A DNA stretch of 64,000 nucleotides, from positions 7,916-71,915 of the forward strand of contig MGAN01000002.1 in the NCBI GenBank assembly GCA_001789745.1. Direction: 5' to 3'. The stretch's first letter is position 1; every line of letters begins with the position of its first letter. The stretch comes from Candidatus Roizmanbacteria bacterium RIFCSPLOWO2_01_FULL_40_13. Lineage in GTDB: Bacteria > Patescibacteriota > Microgenomatia > UBA1406 > GWC2-37-13. The translations under genes and the position numbers were made by a program. Below, piece after piece: positions 27,149 through 37,100 of this stretch. The notes beneath the pieces were generated by a model that searched no databases, was not told the origin of the DNA, and worked only from the letters and a program-made list of their open reading frames with translations.

Positions 27149-27228
27149 GTTAGCGCAAAACAAAATGACCGGTTTTGATAAATGTCATCAGGATGACAAA
27201 TGTGACATTTCGTATTGCGGTAGCTATA
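27145..27228. mobile_element. MITE-like element family C, short copy 3
   Basis: Terminal inverted repeats tatagttagcgcaaaacaaaatgac / gacatttcgtattgcggtagctata, shared with 42356-42508 and 56401-56531. Confidence 0.65.
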
Positions 27229-27251
27229 TGAATCCGGATTAACACAGAATT

Positions 27252-28214
27252 ATGAAAAAATTGGGAATTTTTTTGCTTCTGATTTTTATTTTTGCCGTTG
27301 GATTTTTCCTTTATTATAAGGAGGGGAGTCTGCCTGTGGATAAGACGAGCAAGGAGAGCCAGATTTTTGTTATCAGGCAGGGAGAAAATCTAACCACCAT
27401 AGCGAATAATCTTTCAAACCAAAAGCTCATCCGCAACAAAATTATCTTTTATCTGATTGTTAAGCAGTTGGGAATCGAAAAAAAAATGCAAGCGGGTGAC
27501 TTCCGCTTGTCACAAGCAATGCCCGGCAAAGAGATAGCGGAAGCCTTAACTCACGGGACCCTGGATGTCTGGATGACGATAATTGAGGGAAGAAGGAAGG
27601 AAGAGGTTGCTCAGATTGTGGCGCAAAGCCTGTTTATACCGGAAGTTGAATTGCTTAAATATGCTCAGGAAGGATATTTGTTTCCCGACACCTACCTAAT
27701 TCCAAAAGACGCCACGGCCGAGACAGTAGTAAGGATCATGCAAGACAATTTTAACCGCAGATTTGCTACGCAGTTAAAGCAACAAGCCGGCAACAAGGGG
27801 TTGAGCGTAGAAGAAGTAGTAATATTGGCTTCGCTGGTTGAGAGGGAAGCCAAATTCGACGGGGATCGAGCAGGAGTGGCGGGTGTGCTGTTGCGACGAC
27901 TAGACAGCGGTATGAAGCTGGACATCGACGCAACAGTTCAGTATGCTTTGGGTTATCAACCTGAAAGCAAAAGCTGGTGGAAAAAAAACTTAACCTACGA
28001 AGATTTGGAAATTGATTCTCCTTATAATACCTACAAAAACACCGGATTGCCTCCCGGACCGATTGCCAATCCGGGATTGGCGTCGATAATAGCGGTGATT
28101 GAAGCTGATTCCAACAATCCCTACCTTTATTACATCTCTGACAAATCCGGCCGACTGCATTTTGCCGCAACGCTTGAGGAGCATAACCAGAACATAAAAA
28201 AGTACTTAAGGTAA
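27252..28214 (+). CDS. mltG: endolytic murein transglycosylase (YceG family)
   Basis: N-terminal TM, LASLVEREA, YNTYKNTGLPPGPIANPG. Confidence 0.9.
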   Translation: MKKLGIFLLLIFIFAVGFFLYYKEGSLPVDKTSKESQIFVIRQGENLTTIANNLSNQKLIRNKIIFYLIVKQLGIEKKMQAGDFRLSQAMPGKEIAEALTHGTLDVWMTIIEGRRKEEVAQIVAQSLFIPEVELLKYAQEGYLFPDTYLIPKDATAETVVRIMQDNFNRRFATQLKQQAGNKGLSVEEVVILASLVEREAKFDGDRAGVAGVLLRRLDSGMKLDIDATVQYALGYQPESKSWWKKNLTYEDLEIDSPYNTYKNTGLPPGPIANPGLASIIAVIEADSNNPYLYYISDKSGRLHFAATLEEHNQNIKKYLR

Positions 28215-28241
28215 TATTGTTTTATTGACAAAATTGCAGAG

Positions 28242-29387
28242 TTACCGTTTGCGCAGGAACGCCGGAATATCGAATTGGGAGTCGGTTTCGAGGAGTTCTT
28301 CGTCAGAGATTAAATCTTCTTCGAGGTCTTGTTTGGATTTTTCTTTTTCAGCCAAAGTAGTTGGTTCGGCCGCTTTTTTCTCTGCTTCCGGTTCGGGTTC
28401 GTCCCGTTTGAATCTAAACAACTTTAGTCTTCTGTCATCGAATTTGGTAGCGATGATGGTAATTTTAATTTGGTCAAGCATTTTTTCATCAATTGCTGCA
28501 CCGAAGATGATATCGGCGTCGGGGTCGACCGTCTTGGCGATAATGGTTGCGGCTTCGTCGATCTCGGTCATAGAAAGATCCGGTCCGCCGACGATATTAA
28601 AGAGCACTCCGCGCGCACCCTCGATGGAAATATCAAGGAGGGGAGAGGAGATTGCCTGTTTGATCGCAGATAAAGCTCTTTTTTCTCCGCCGCTGCCAAT
28701 ACCCATTCCCATTAAAGCCGTACCGGCGTCACTCATAATCGTTCGAACATCGGCAAAATCTACGTTAATCAATCCCGGCGTGGTAACAAGTTCAGCTATT
28801 CCCTTGACACCCTGAAGCAGGACAGAGTCGATCTTTTCGAAAGCCTCAAGAATCGGCGTTTTTTTATCAATGATCTGGAGTACCTTTTGATTGGGTACGA
28901 CAATAAGAGTGTCGACTTTTTCCCGCAGTTTCTGGATTCCTTCCTCCGAAGTAAATTTTCTTTTAGTACCCTCAAAATCAAAAGGCCTGGTAACTACTGC
29001 TACGGTCAAGGCTCCGGTTTCTTTAGCAATCTCGGCGATAATGGGAGAAGCGCCGGTACCAGTACCACCACCCTCACCGGCTGTGATAAAGATCATGTCG
29101 GCATTTGTCAGTTCCTCCTTCAGTCGATCTCTTGATTCTTCGGCCGCTTCCCTGCCTACTTCAGGATCGCCTCCCGAACCAAGACCCTTAGTAAAATTCT
29201 CGCCGATTTGAATTTTACTGGTAGCTTTATTATGCAAAAGCGCTTGAGCATCGGTATTGATGGCGATAAATTCAACTCCTGTAATGCCTCCATCTGCAAT
29301 CATTGAGTTTATGGCGTTGCCGCCGCCTCCCCCCACTCCCAGTACTTTGATTTTTGCCGGTTGTCCGACTTTAGGTTTTATAAGCAT
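28242..29387 (-). CDS. ftsZ: cell division GTPase FtsZ
   Basis: GVGGGGGNAIN, GGGTGTGASPIIAE, acidic C-terminal tail ending DIPAFLRKR. Confidence 0.97.
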   Translation of the reverse strand: MLIKPKVGQPAKIKVLGVGGGGGNAINSMIADGGITGVEFIAINTDAQALLHNKATSKIQIGENFTKGLGSGGDPEVGREAAEESRDRLKEELTNADMIFITAGEGGGTGTGASPIIAEIAKETGALTVAVVTRPFDFEGTKRKFTSEEGIQKLREKVDTLIVVPNQKVLQIIDKKTPILEAFEKIDSVLLQGVKGIAELVTTPGLINVDFADVRTIMSDAGTALMGMGIGSGGEKRALSAIKQAISSPLLDISIEGARGVLFNIVGGPDLSMTEIDEAATIIAKTVDPDADIIFGAAIDEKMLDQIKITIIATKFDDRRLKLFRFKRDEPEPEAEKKAAEPTTLAEKEKSKQDLEEDLISDEELLETDSQFDIPAFLRKR

Positions 29388-29426
29388 AATTCAAATGAGA
29401 CTCATACGTCTTATCAGACGCGGAGG

Positions 29427-30692
29427 TTACGGGATGAATTGTTTAATAAATTCCTTAACCTTGCCGATCGAGTTGGTAAAAGTTATATCTTTTAAGATGC
29501 GATTAAAGTTTTTCCAGCCTTCTTCGTTGGTTGAACTTGACCGGCCGTAAAGCAACAGTCCGACAGTTGTCGCGTATTGGGGATTGAGAAGCTCGTCAAC
29601 CAGTCCGGTAACTCTGGTTGGAGAGCCAACGCGAATCGGCATACCCAGTGTTTTTCTTCCAACCTCGATCATTCCGACCGTCATCGCCCCACCGCCGCTT
29701 AAGACAAATCCGGAAGGCGCCTGGTCAGCAAAACCGCTTTTCTCGATCACATCGGCAAGAAGTTTAAAGATTTCTTCAAGACGCGGGGCAATAATTCCAT
29801 CGCTTAAGTGTTTTAAGGACACATCCGAAACATTTTCCGGTAAATTAAGCGAGTTAAGATTCAGATCATTTTCTTTTTTTTGCGAGACCTTTCTATCTTT
29901 AAGGATTTTATTCAAATGAAGCTTGATTTTTTCCGCTGACTGCAGCGATACGCGAAGTCCGACCGCGATATCGTTGGTAATATGTTTAGCGCCGACCGCG
30001 ATAGAAGCAGAATAAGAAAGGGCTCCCTCAACATAAAGACAAAGATCCGTCTTACCGCCTCCGATATCAACCAAAACTACTCCCAGCTCTTTTTCCGTCT
30101 CGGTCAGGACCGCTTCAGCCGAAGCCAAGGCAGAAAAAATAAAGCCATTATTATTTAACCCGAGTTCCGACAGGCAGCGATCGAGATTCTTAAGATTGGT
30201 TTGAGAGGCGGTGATAATATGGGTATCAACCTCCAATCTGATACCCGTCATACCTAAGGGATTTTTGATTCCCGCCTGGCCGTCGACGACATATTCTCTT
30301 GGCAAAACTTCAATAATCTGTCTGGTATTGGATATTGAGATGGCGCGAGCCGCTTCAACCGCACGGTTGATATCGTCTTCTATTATTTCTCCCTGGGGAT
30401 TTGACACGGCGACAACTCCATGTGAGTTAATTGATGAGATATGAGGGCCTCCGACGGAGACAAAAACTTGATTGATCTTTTGTCCTGCCATTCTCTCGGT
30501 TTTTTCAACTGATTCCTCGACCGCCATAGTGATCTCGTCGATGTCAACAATCAAACCCTTTTTTATTCCTTTGGAGGGCGTACTATGAAAACCGATGATT
30601 CGAAGTTCTTCGCTGTCTTTGTCTTTTACCCCGACAATGGTGGCTATTTTTGAGCTACCGATATCCACGGCTGCGAGAATTTTGTCTACCAT
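29427..30692 (-). CDS. ftsA: cell division protein FtsA
   Basis: Actin-fold phosphate motifs DIGSSKI and DIGGGKTD. Upstream of ftsZ. Confidence 0.92.
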   Translation of the reverse strand: MVDKILAAVDIGSSKIATIVGVKDKDSEELRIIGFHSTPSKGIKKGLIVDIDEITMAVEESVEKTERMAGQKINQVFVSVGGPHISSINSHGVVAVSNPQGEIIEDDINRAVEAARAISISNTRQIIEVLPREYVVDGQAGIKNPLGMTGIRLEVDTHIITASQTNLKNLDRCLSELGLNNNGFIFSALASAEAVLTETEKELGVVLVDIGGGKTDLCLYVEGALSYSASIAVGAKHITNDIAVGLRVSLQSAEKIKLHLNKILKDRKVSQKKENDLNLNSLNLPENVSDVSLKHLSDGIIAPRLEEIFKLLADVIEKSGFADQAPSGFVLSGGGAMTVGMIEVGRKTLGMPIRVGSPTRVTGLVDELLNPQYATTVGLLLYGRSSSTNEEGWKNFNRILKDITFTNSIGKVKEFIKQFIP

Positions 30693-30825
30693 AAATACAT
30701 TAAATAATACGAATGATGCGAATTTTGCTGCGAATTCTACAAATACGCTGATTCAGATTATATAGTCAGCAATAAATATATTCGTACCATTGGTATATTT
30801 TTTCGTAGCATTCGAATTGCATTTT

Positions 30826-31602
30826 TTAAAATTTAACTATTGGTTTGTTGTACCTCAGGTCAATGACTTTAAAATCCTGCCCTTCGATTTTGAATTGTCT
30901 GATCAATGTCTCAAGCTCATAGGCCTGTAAATCCCTGTCTTTTTCGGCTGAAAATAACAATCGGCTTTCTTCCCTGTCTTTCAAGTTAAATACTATCATA
31001 TTTAACGAGTTAATATCAATATAGTTTATCTTAAGCTCAAGCTCTCGGCATTTCATCAATAGGTAGAGGGTCATAAGCAACCCCTCATAATCTAAATAAT
31101 TTCCCAAATTAACTTGATAATAGTCCAGTTGCTGGTAAAAATTAATAACGGGAAGATTGAGCCTTGCCGATTCTTCAGCGTCGGAGCCGGTTTTGGTTTT
31201 TTTGATTACTTTTCCGGCGCTTGATAATTCGGCATAGCCAATATTAAGCTTTAGTGCTCCAACTGGCTGCTCCCTGATAATTTTTATAACAATTTTGTCG
31301 GGATATATTTTGCTGACATCCCTGATTGTATAATCGGGGTTGTGCTGATTGATGATTTTCCGGACAGACTCAGGATTCAGCCAAAGCAGATTGGAGCCCT
31401 TGAGACTTTCCAAACCTATTAAATTTTGCTCCCCGTTATCACCGCTCACCTGAACGACCCTTAGTCGAAAGTAGTGGTTGACGTAAAGCAAAAGTAAAAA
31501 TACAATCAGCGAGAGAAGTAAGATTACCGAGTAAGAGCTAAACTTTAGCCGTAATTTGCGCCAAAATTGTTTTGACGATGATTCTGGCGGCATTGTCTTC
31601 AT
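30826..31602 (-). CDS. ftsQ: FtsQ/DivIB-like division protein
   Basis: Single TM followed by a POTRA-like region. Canonical position between murG and ftsA. Confidence 0.6.
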   Translation of the reverse strand: MKTMPPESSSKQFWRKLRLKFSSYSVILLLSLIVFLLLLYVNHYFRLRVVQVSGDNGEQNLIGLESLKGSNLLWLNPESVRKIINQHNPDYTIRDVSKIYPDKIVIKIIREQPVGALKLNIGYAELSSAGKVIKKTKTGSDAEESARLNLPVINFYQQLDYYQVNLGNYLDYEGLLMTLYLLMKCRELELKINYIDINSLNMIVFNLKDREESRLLFSAEKDRDLQAYELETLIRQFKIEGQDFKVIDLRYNKPIVKF

Positions 31603-32647
31603 AGAGTAATTCTACCTTTTTGTAGTTTTTTTTATAGTCTTTTAAGTTAGCTTGAACCTTTCCGATTAATGAAAACAACTCGTCTGCAGGATTGTTTTGA
31701 GGAAAAATTTCCGCGACACCTGCGCCGGCCAAAAGCTCCGCATGTTTTAACTGTTCCTGATTGGCCGACCAAGGCAGAGGAATCAAGACGGCAGGCTTTT
31801 TCCAGGCAATAAGCTCAAAGAAGGTGTTGGCCCCCGACCTGCCGACGACCAGATCAGATATTGAGTAGATATACCCCAGTTCTTCGGAATAAAAGTGCCG
31901 TTTCAAAAAGTAATTTTTTTTTAATCGGGAAGGCAGTTTGGCTTTTATTCTCAATAGTTTTTGCCAGTCTCGGTATTTAGCCGACTGACCAGTCTGGTGG
32001 ATCAAAATATATTCAGAGAGGAGTTTGGTGATGATTTTTTCTATAATCTGATTAATGCTGTGTGATCCCAAAGACCCGCCGGTTATATAGATAACCGGTT
32101 GAGTTTTATTGATCTCAAATGGTTTTCTTACCACTCTAAGTAGTTGCCGCCTGACAGGATTGCCGCTGACGACTACTTTATTGACAGGAAAATATTGCTT
32201 GGTCTGCGGAAAGGCAAGAAATATCTTTTTGGCCGGGCCGGCTAAAAGACGATTAGCCAGTCCGGGTTTGACGGTCTGCTCGTGAATGAATACGGGTATT
32301 CCCAGCAGATATCCAACCGAGCAAACCGGGAAACTGATATAGCCGCCAAATGACAAAATAAGATCAGGTTTTTCAGTTAACAGGATAGACAGAGCCTGAA
32401 AAAAACCGATAGGTACTTTAATCAGATTAATAAGAAAGGCTAAGTTAAATATTCTAGTGAACCGGCCAGTATTCAGATGATAAAAAAGGACTCCCAGTTT
32501 GGTAATTTCACGATACTCGAGTGAAAAAGCATTGCTTTTGTCAAAATCGTACTTTCGACCGATAAAGACAATTTCAGCTTTAGCCTTGAGTTCTTCGCTG
32601 ACGGCCAAGGCAGGACTAAGATGTCCACCTGTAACTGCAATTTTCAT
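31538..32647 (-). CDS. murG: undecaprenyldiphospho-muramoylpentapeptide beta-N-acetylglucosaminyltransferase
   Basis: MKIAVTGGHLSPALAV, ITGGSLGS. Start moved to Met19 (ATG 32647). Confidence 0.88.
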   Translation of the reverse strand: MKIAVTGGHLSPALAVSEELKAKAEIVFIGRKYDFDKSNAFSLEYREITKLGVLFYHLNTGRFTRIFNLAFLINLIKVPIGFFQALSILLTEKPDLILSFGGYISFPVCSVGYLLGIPVFIHEQTVKPGLANRLLAGPAKKIFLAFPQTKQYFPVNKVVVSGNPVRRQLLRVVRKPFEINKTQPVIYITGGSLGSHSINQIIEKIITKLLSEYILIHQTGQSAKYRDWQKLLRIKAKLPSRLKKNYFLKRHFYSEELGYIYSISDLVVGRSGANTFFELIAWKKPAVLIPLPWSANQEQLKHAELLAGAGVAEIFPQNNPADELFSLIGKVQANLKDYKKNYKKVELLYEDNAARIIVKTILAQITAKV

Positions 32648-32720
32648 TTTTTTAATCCGCCTTCGCGGAAATCTCCGACCGTTAGGTCGTGGGAGCTTCA
32701 AGGAAATTTCGCCTTTTTAT

Positions 32721-33845
32721 TTAAAGGAACTTAATTCTTTTGGCGATATTGATGGTTATACCGATTAAAATAAATGATACCAGTAAATTTGACCCGCCGT
32801 AGGAGATAAAGGGTAAAGGGACGCCGGTCAGTGGGAGGAGATTGACCATGCCGGCTAAATTGATGATCGTCTGCAGACTGAAAAATGCGAATGCCCCTCC
32901 TGCTAAAAGTTTGCCAAAGCGGTCGTTGGCATATTGGGTGATCTGATAAAGTCTGTACATTAAATAAATGTAGACGGAAATCAAAAGAACCCCGCCTATA
33001 AAACCGAATTCCTCACCGATGATGGCGAAGATCGAGTCGGTATGAGCCTCCGGCAGATAAAGATATTTTTGCCGTGAGGCGCCAAGACCAAGACCGAAAA
33101 GACCACCGCTTTCCAGAGAAATCATGATTTGATTGATATGATAGGTTATACCCAAAGGGTCAAGATTAGGATCAAAGAAAGCCAGAACCCGACGCAAGCG
33201 GTAAGGTGAAATTTTAACCAACAGGAAAAACGCGCCCAAGGATAAAGGAAGGAGAAAGATAAGATACCAGAGTTCGATCCCGGCGAGAAAGTAGATGACA
33301 ATCCCAAGTGAAAATACGATTATGGCGGTTCCCAGATCAGGCTGGAGAATAATCAGGAACATCAGAGCAATAAGCAGGGTAATAAAAGAAAAAAAACGCT
33401 TTCTTTCCCGATTCATAAACCAGGAAGACAAATAAATTATGACGCTGAATTTAGCCAGTTCGGTCGGCTGCAGGTTGAAAAAACCCAGGTCAATCCACCG
33501 TCTCGCTCCGCCCACCTCGGATCCAATACCCGGAATAAGCACGATCATCAGTAAAACAATTGTTCCGACCAGAAAAAGAAAGGACAGATAGTAGAGTTTA
33601 TGATAGTCAAAAAAGGAAAAAAAGATCATGGCGGCTACAGCAAAGACTAACCAGACAGCTTGCAGTTTGAGAAAGTGAAAGCTGTCGCCGAACTCCTGAA
33701 AAGCGCTAACCGACGAGGCTTCAAAGACAAAAAAGAGTCCAACCAAAGATAAAATAATCGGCAGGGTGTAAAGCCAACCCAAAAACCTTTTTTTATACGG
33801 TTTGAATTGTTTTAGACGGGATTTTTTTGCCGAAGCAATTGGCAT
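32721..33845 (-). CDS. ftsW: SEDS peptidoglycan polymerase FtsW
   Basis: RRWIDLGFFNLQPTELAK, PEAHTDSIFA, LPFISYGGS. Upstream of murG. Confidence 0.88.
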   Translation of the reverse strand: MPIASAKKSRLKQFKPYKKRFLGWLYTLPIILSLVGLFFVFEASSVSAFQEFGDSFHFLKLQAVWLVFAVAAMIFFSFFDYHKLYYLSFLFLVGTIVLLMIVLIPGIGSEVGGARRWIDLGFFNLQPTELAKFSVIIYLSSWFMNRERKRFFSFITLLIALMFLIILQPDLGTAIIVFSLGIVIYFLAGIELWYLIFLLPLSLGAFFLLVKISPYRLRRVLAFFDPNLDPLGITYHINQIMISLESGGLFGLGLGASRQKYLYLPEAHTDSIFAIIGEEFGFIGGVLLISVYIYLMYRLYQITQYANDRFGKLLAGGAFAFFSLQTIINLAGMVNLLPLTGVPLPFISYGGSNLLVSFILIGITINIAKRIKFL

Positions 33846-33974
33846 AACTATATCTATCTTATTTAATAATGCAAAAACGATTTTTTGTTTCGGTTCAGAA
33901 CGTCTGATGTTACGAGCCGCTCGAGGGACCCCAAACCATTCACAAAAAATATTTTTGCAATTTCATCGACGATA

Positions 33975-34079
33975 TACTTTAGATAACTTAAGGTTTGCAA
34001 CTGAGTTATTCGGTATGTACCCGTCTAATCCGCTTTTTCGCGCTCCGAGAAAGCTGCAAATTGGAATAAGATGGGTATA
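33975..34079 (+). repeat. family A intergenic repeat copy 3
   Basis: Aligns with 9892-9996. Lies in the divergent ftsW/ileS promoter region. Confidence 0.8.
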
Positions 34080-34136
34080 AGTATACAATTTTACCAATTT
34101 CCTAGCCTTTTGAGTTTGTGTTACAATATTAAACTT

Positions 34137-37100
34137 ATGTTTAGACCTGCTGAAGCAAACACCGATTTTAGCAAAATGGAGAAAAAGTGGCTAAAATATT
34201 GGTACGAAAAGGGGATAGTGGCAAAGTATCTTAAAAAAAACAGCAAGTCGAAAAAGTATTTTTCTTTTTTGGACGGGCCGATTACCGCCAATAATCCCAT
34301 GGGCGTGCATCACGCCTGGGGTAGAACTTACAAGGATCTTTGGCCGAGATTCTATAATTTATTGGGTTACAACCAGCGCTTTCAGAACGGCTTTGATTGT
34401 CAAGGACTTTGGGTCGAAGTAGAAGTAGAAAAAGAGTTGGGGCTTAAGGGAAAAAAGGAGATTGAAAATTTGGTTGCAGGAGATAAGAAAAAATCAATCG
34501 CCAAGTTTGTCGAGCTTTGTAAACAAAGAGTCCATAAATATGCAAAAATTCAGACAGAGCAGTCGAAGCGTCTTGGTTATTTTGCCGATTGGGACAACTC
34601 TTATTACACGATGAGCGAGGCAAACAATTACATGATCTGGCATTTTTTGCGGGTATGTCATGAGAACGGTTGGATATATAAGGGGCGAGAGTCAGTGCCA
34701 TGGTGTCCGCGTTGCGAGACAGCCATCTCACAGCACGAGATGCTGACCGAGGATTATAAGGAAGTTGTACATGAATCCATATATTTTAAACTTCCTGTTT
34801 CCAAGTACCAACTTCCAAACAATCCTCAATTTTCAAATAAAACTTTCCAAAAATCTTATCTGCTTGTTTGGACTACTACTCCCTGGACATTGCCGGCCAA
34901 TATAGCGGTAGCCGTTGATAAAAAGATAGACTATGCTTTGGTCGAAACGGATAAAGGACCGCTCTGGGTTGCTAAGGAAGCGGTCATGCGGGCGCTAAAA
35001 TTGAAAGATCAAAAAGTGATTAAGGTAGTAAAAGGCAAGGAGTTGGCAGGTTTGAAGTATGAAGGACCTTTTGACGATTTGCCCGCAGTAAAACAAGCGG
35101 CGGAAGAATCAGAAAGCTTCCATACCGTGGTAGCCACCGACCAGAACATTCTTCCCATCAACGTCACAGAAGGCACGGGGATGGTGCACACTGCAGTATC
35201 CGCAGGTACGGAAGATTTTAAATTAGGAAAAAAGCTTGGTCTTCCGATGATACCCGTTATCGCCGACAATGCCGATTATCTGGCGGGACTTGGTTTTTTG
35301 ACAGGTAAAAACGCTAAAAAAAATCCAAGAGTAATTTTAGATCATCTCTTGGAGAAAGATAAAAAAGGAGAACATTGGGTATACGACATTCATAATTACA
35401 AGCACAGGTATCCTGCCTGTTGGCGTTGCAAAAAAGAATTGGTCTGGAAAGTGGAGGATGAGTGGTACGTCGCAATGGACGTTCGTCCATTGCGAACTCA
35501 AAACTCAAAACTTAAAGCTCAAAGCTTAACTTTAAGGCAAAGAATGATAAATGTTGCCAAAAAGATAAAGTGGCTGCCGGAATTTGGGCTGGATCGGGAG
35601 CTTGACTGGCTTAGGAATATGCACGACTGGCTGATAAGTAAAAAGAACCGCTATTGGGGACTGGCTTTGCCGATTTATGAATGTAAAAACTGCGGTTGTT
35701 TTGAAGTTATCGGATCCAAACTGGAATTAAAAAACAGAGCGGTAAAAGGTTGGAAGGAATTTGAAGGCCGTAGCCCGCATAAACCTTTTATTGACGAGGT
35801 TGAGATCGAGTGCAAGCAGTGCGGCAGCAACGTAAAAAGAATAGAGGACGTAGGTAATCCCTGGCTTGATGCGGGAATTGTTGGTTATTCGACCGTTAGC
35901 GAGGATAACCGGGGAGAACCGCTCTATCTCCAGGACAAAAAAAAGTGGAGCAATTGGTTTCCGGCTGATTTTATCACCGAGTCTTTTCCGGGGCAGTTTA
36001 AGAACTGGTTTTATGCTTTGATCGCGGAGTCTGCAGTACTTGAAAATACAACGCAATTTAAGACGGTCTTAGGATTTGGAACGATGCTTGATGAAAAGGG
36101 GAAGGCTTTTCACAAAAGCGCCGGAAATGCAATTGAATTCGTAGAGGGAGCAGATAAATTCGGAGCAGATATAATTCGCTGGGTCTGTGGTTCTCACAAT
36201 CCTGCAGACAATATTTTATTTGGAGAACACAAGGTGAAGGAAGTAGTAAGAAGATTTTATCTCATGCTTTGGAATGTCTATAAATTTTTTATCGAATATG
36301 CTAATTTGGATAAATTCGTGCCTAAGAACCCTCAGGGTTCCGGGAACCCCGAGGGTTCGGAAAACGTTCTTGACAAATGGATTTTGAGTAGATTCGGGTA
36401 TTTAGTATTGTTTGTTGAGAAGAGCTTGAGAGAGTACAACGCAAAAGATGCAGCTTTGGAGATCGAAAAATTTGTCAACGATCTATCAACTTGGTATATA
36501 AGACGAAGCCGCGATAGAGTCTGGGTAAATTCTGACGACAACATCGACAAACAAAACTTCTATCAGACTTTACATTATATATTGGTAAATCTTTCAATTA
36601 CACTTTCTCCTTTTATGCCGTTTATCAGCGAAGAAATCTATACAAATTTGACAGGCAGGGAGTCGGTGCATCTTGAGAGTTGGCCGGAAATCAGTAAATC
36701 AGATATAAGCAAACCGGTTGAACAGCAAATGCTGCTGGCAAGAAACGCGGTTGAGGCGGGGCATGCTAAAAGGAAAGAAATAAAAGTAAAAGTAAGAATA
36801 CCATTGGCAAAATTAGAGGTTGAGGCGGAAGGAGAATTTTCCCACCTTGGCGATATGATATGGGAGTTAGTTCTGGCAGAACTGAATGTCAAAAACATTA
36901 CCGTAAATCGGAAAACCGAGTATCCGAAAGATGAAGTTAAAGTACGCGAGGAGGACTTAAAACATGAGGGTGAATTGCGTGAATTAATTCGCCAAATTCA
37001 AATTCAAAGAAAGAAACTGGGATTAAATCCCGGAGATCAAATCAGCCTTACCGTTCCCAATAAATTTTTACCAGATAAAGATCTTTTGAGCAAAAAACTA

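Noticed and set aside
28225-29550. Plus-strand ORFs (196, 106, 97, 82 and 67 aa) across ftsZ.
   Set aside because: They are antisense shadows of the Gly/Ala-rich FtsZ frame, and their Ser/Pro/Ala-rich composition is typical of such artefacts.
34071-34136. Upstream extension of ileS (MGISIQFYQF...).
   Set aside because: It overlaps the family A repeat and the -10 box. Conserved IleRS sequence begins at ATG 34137.
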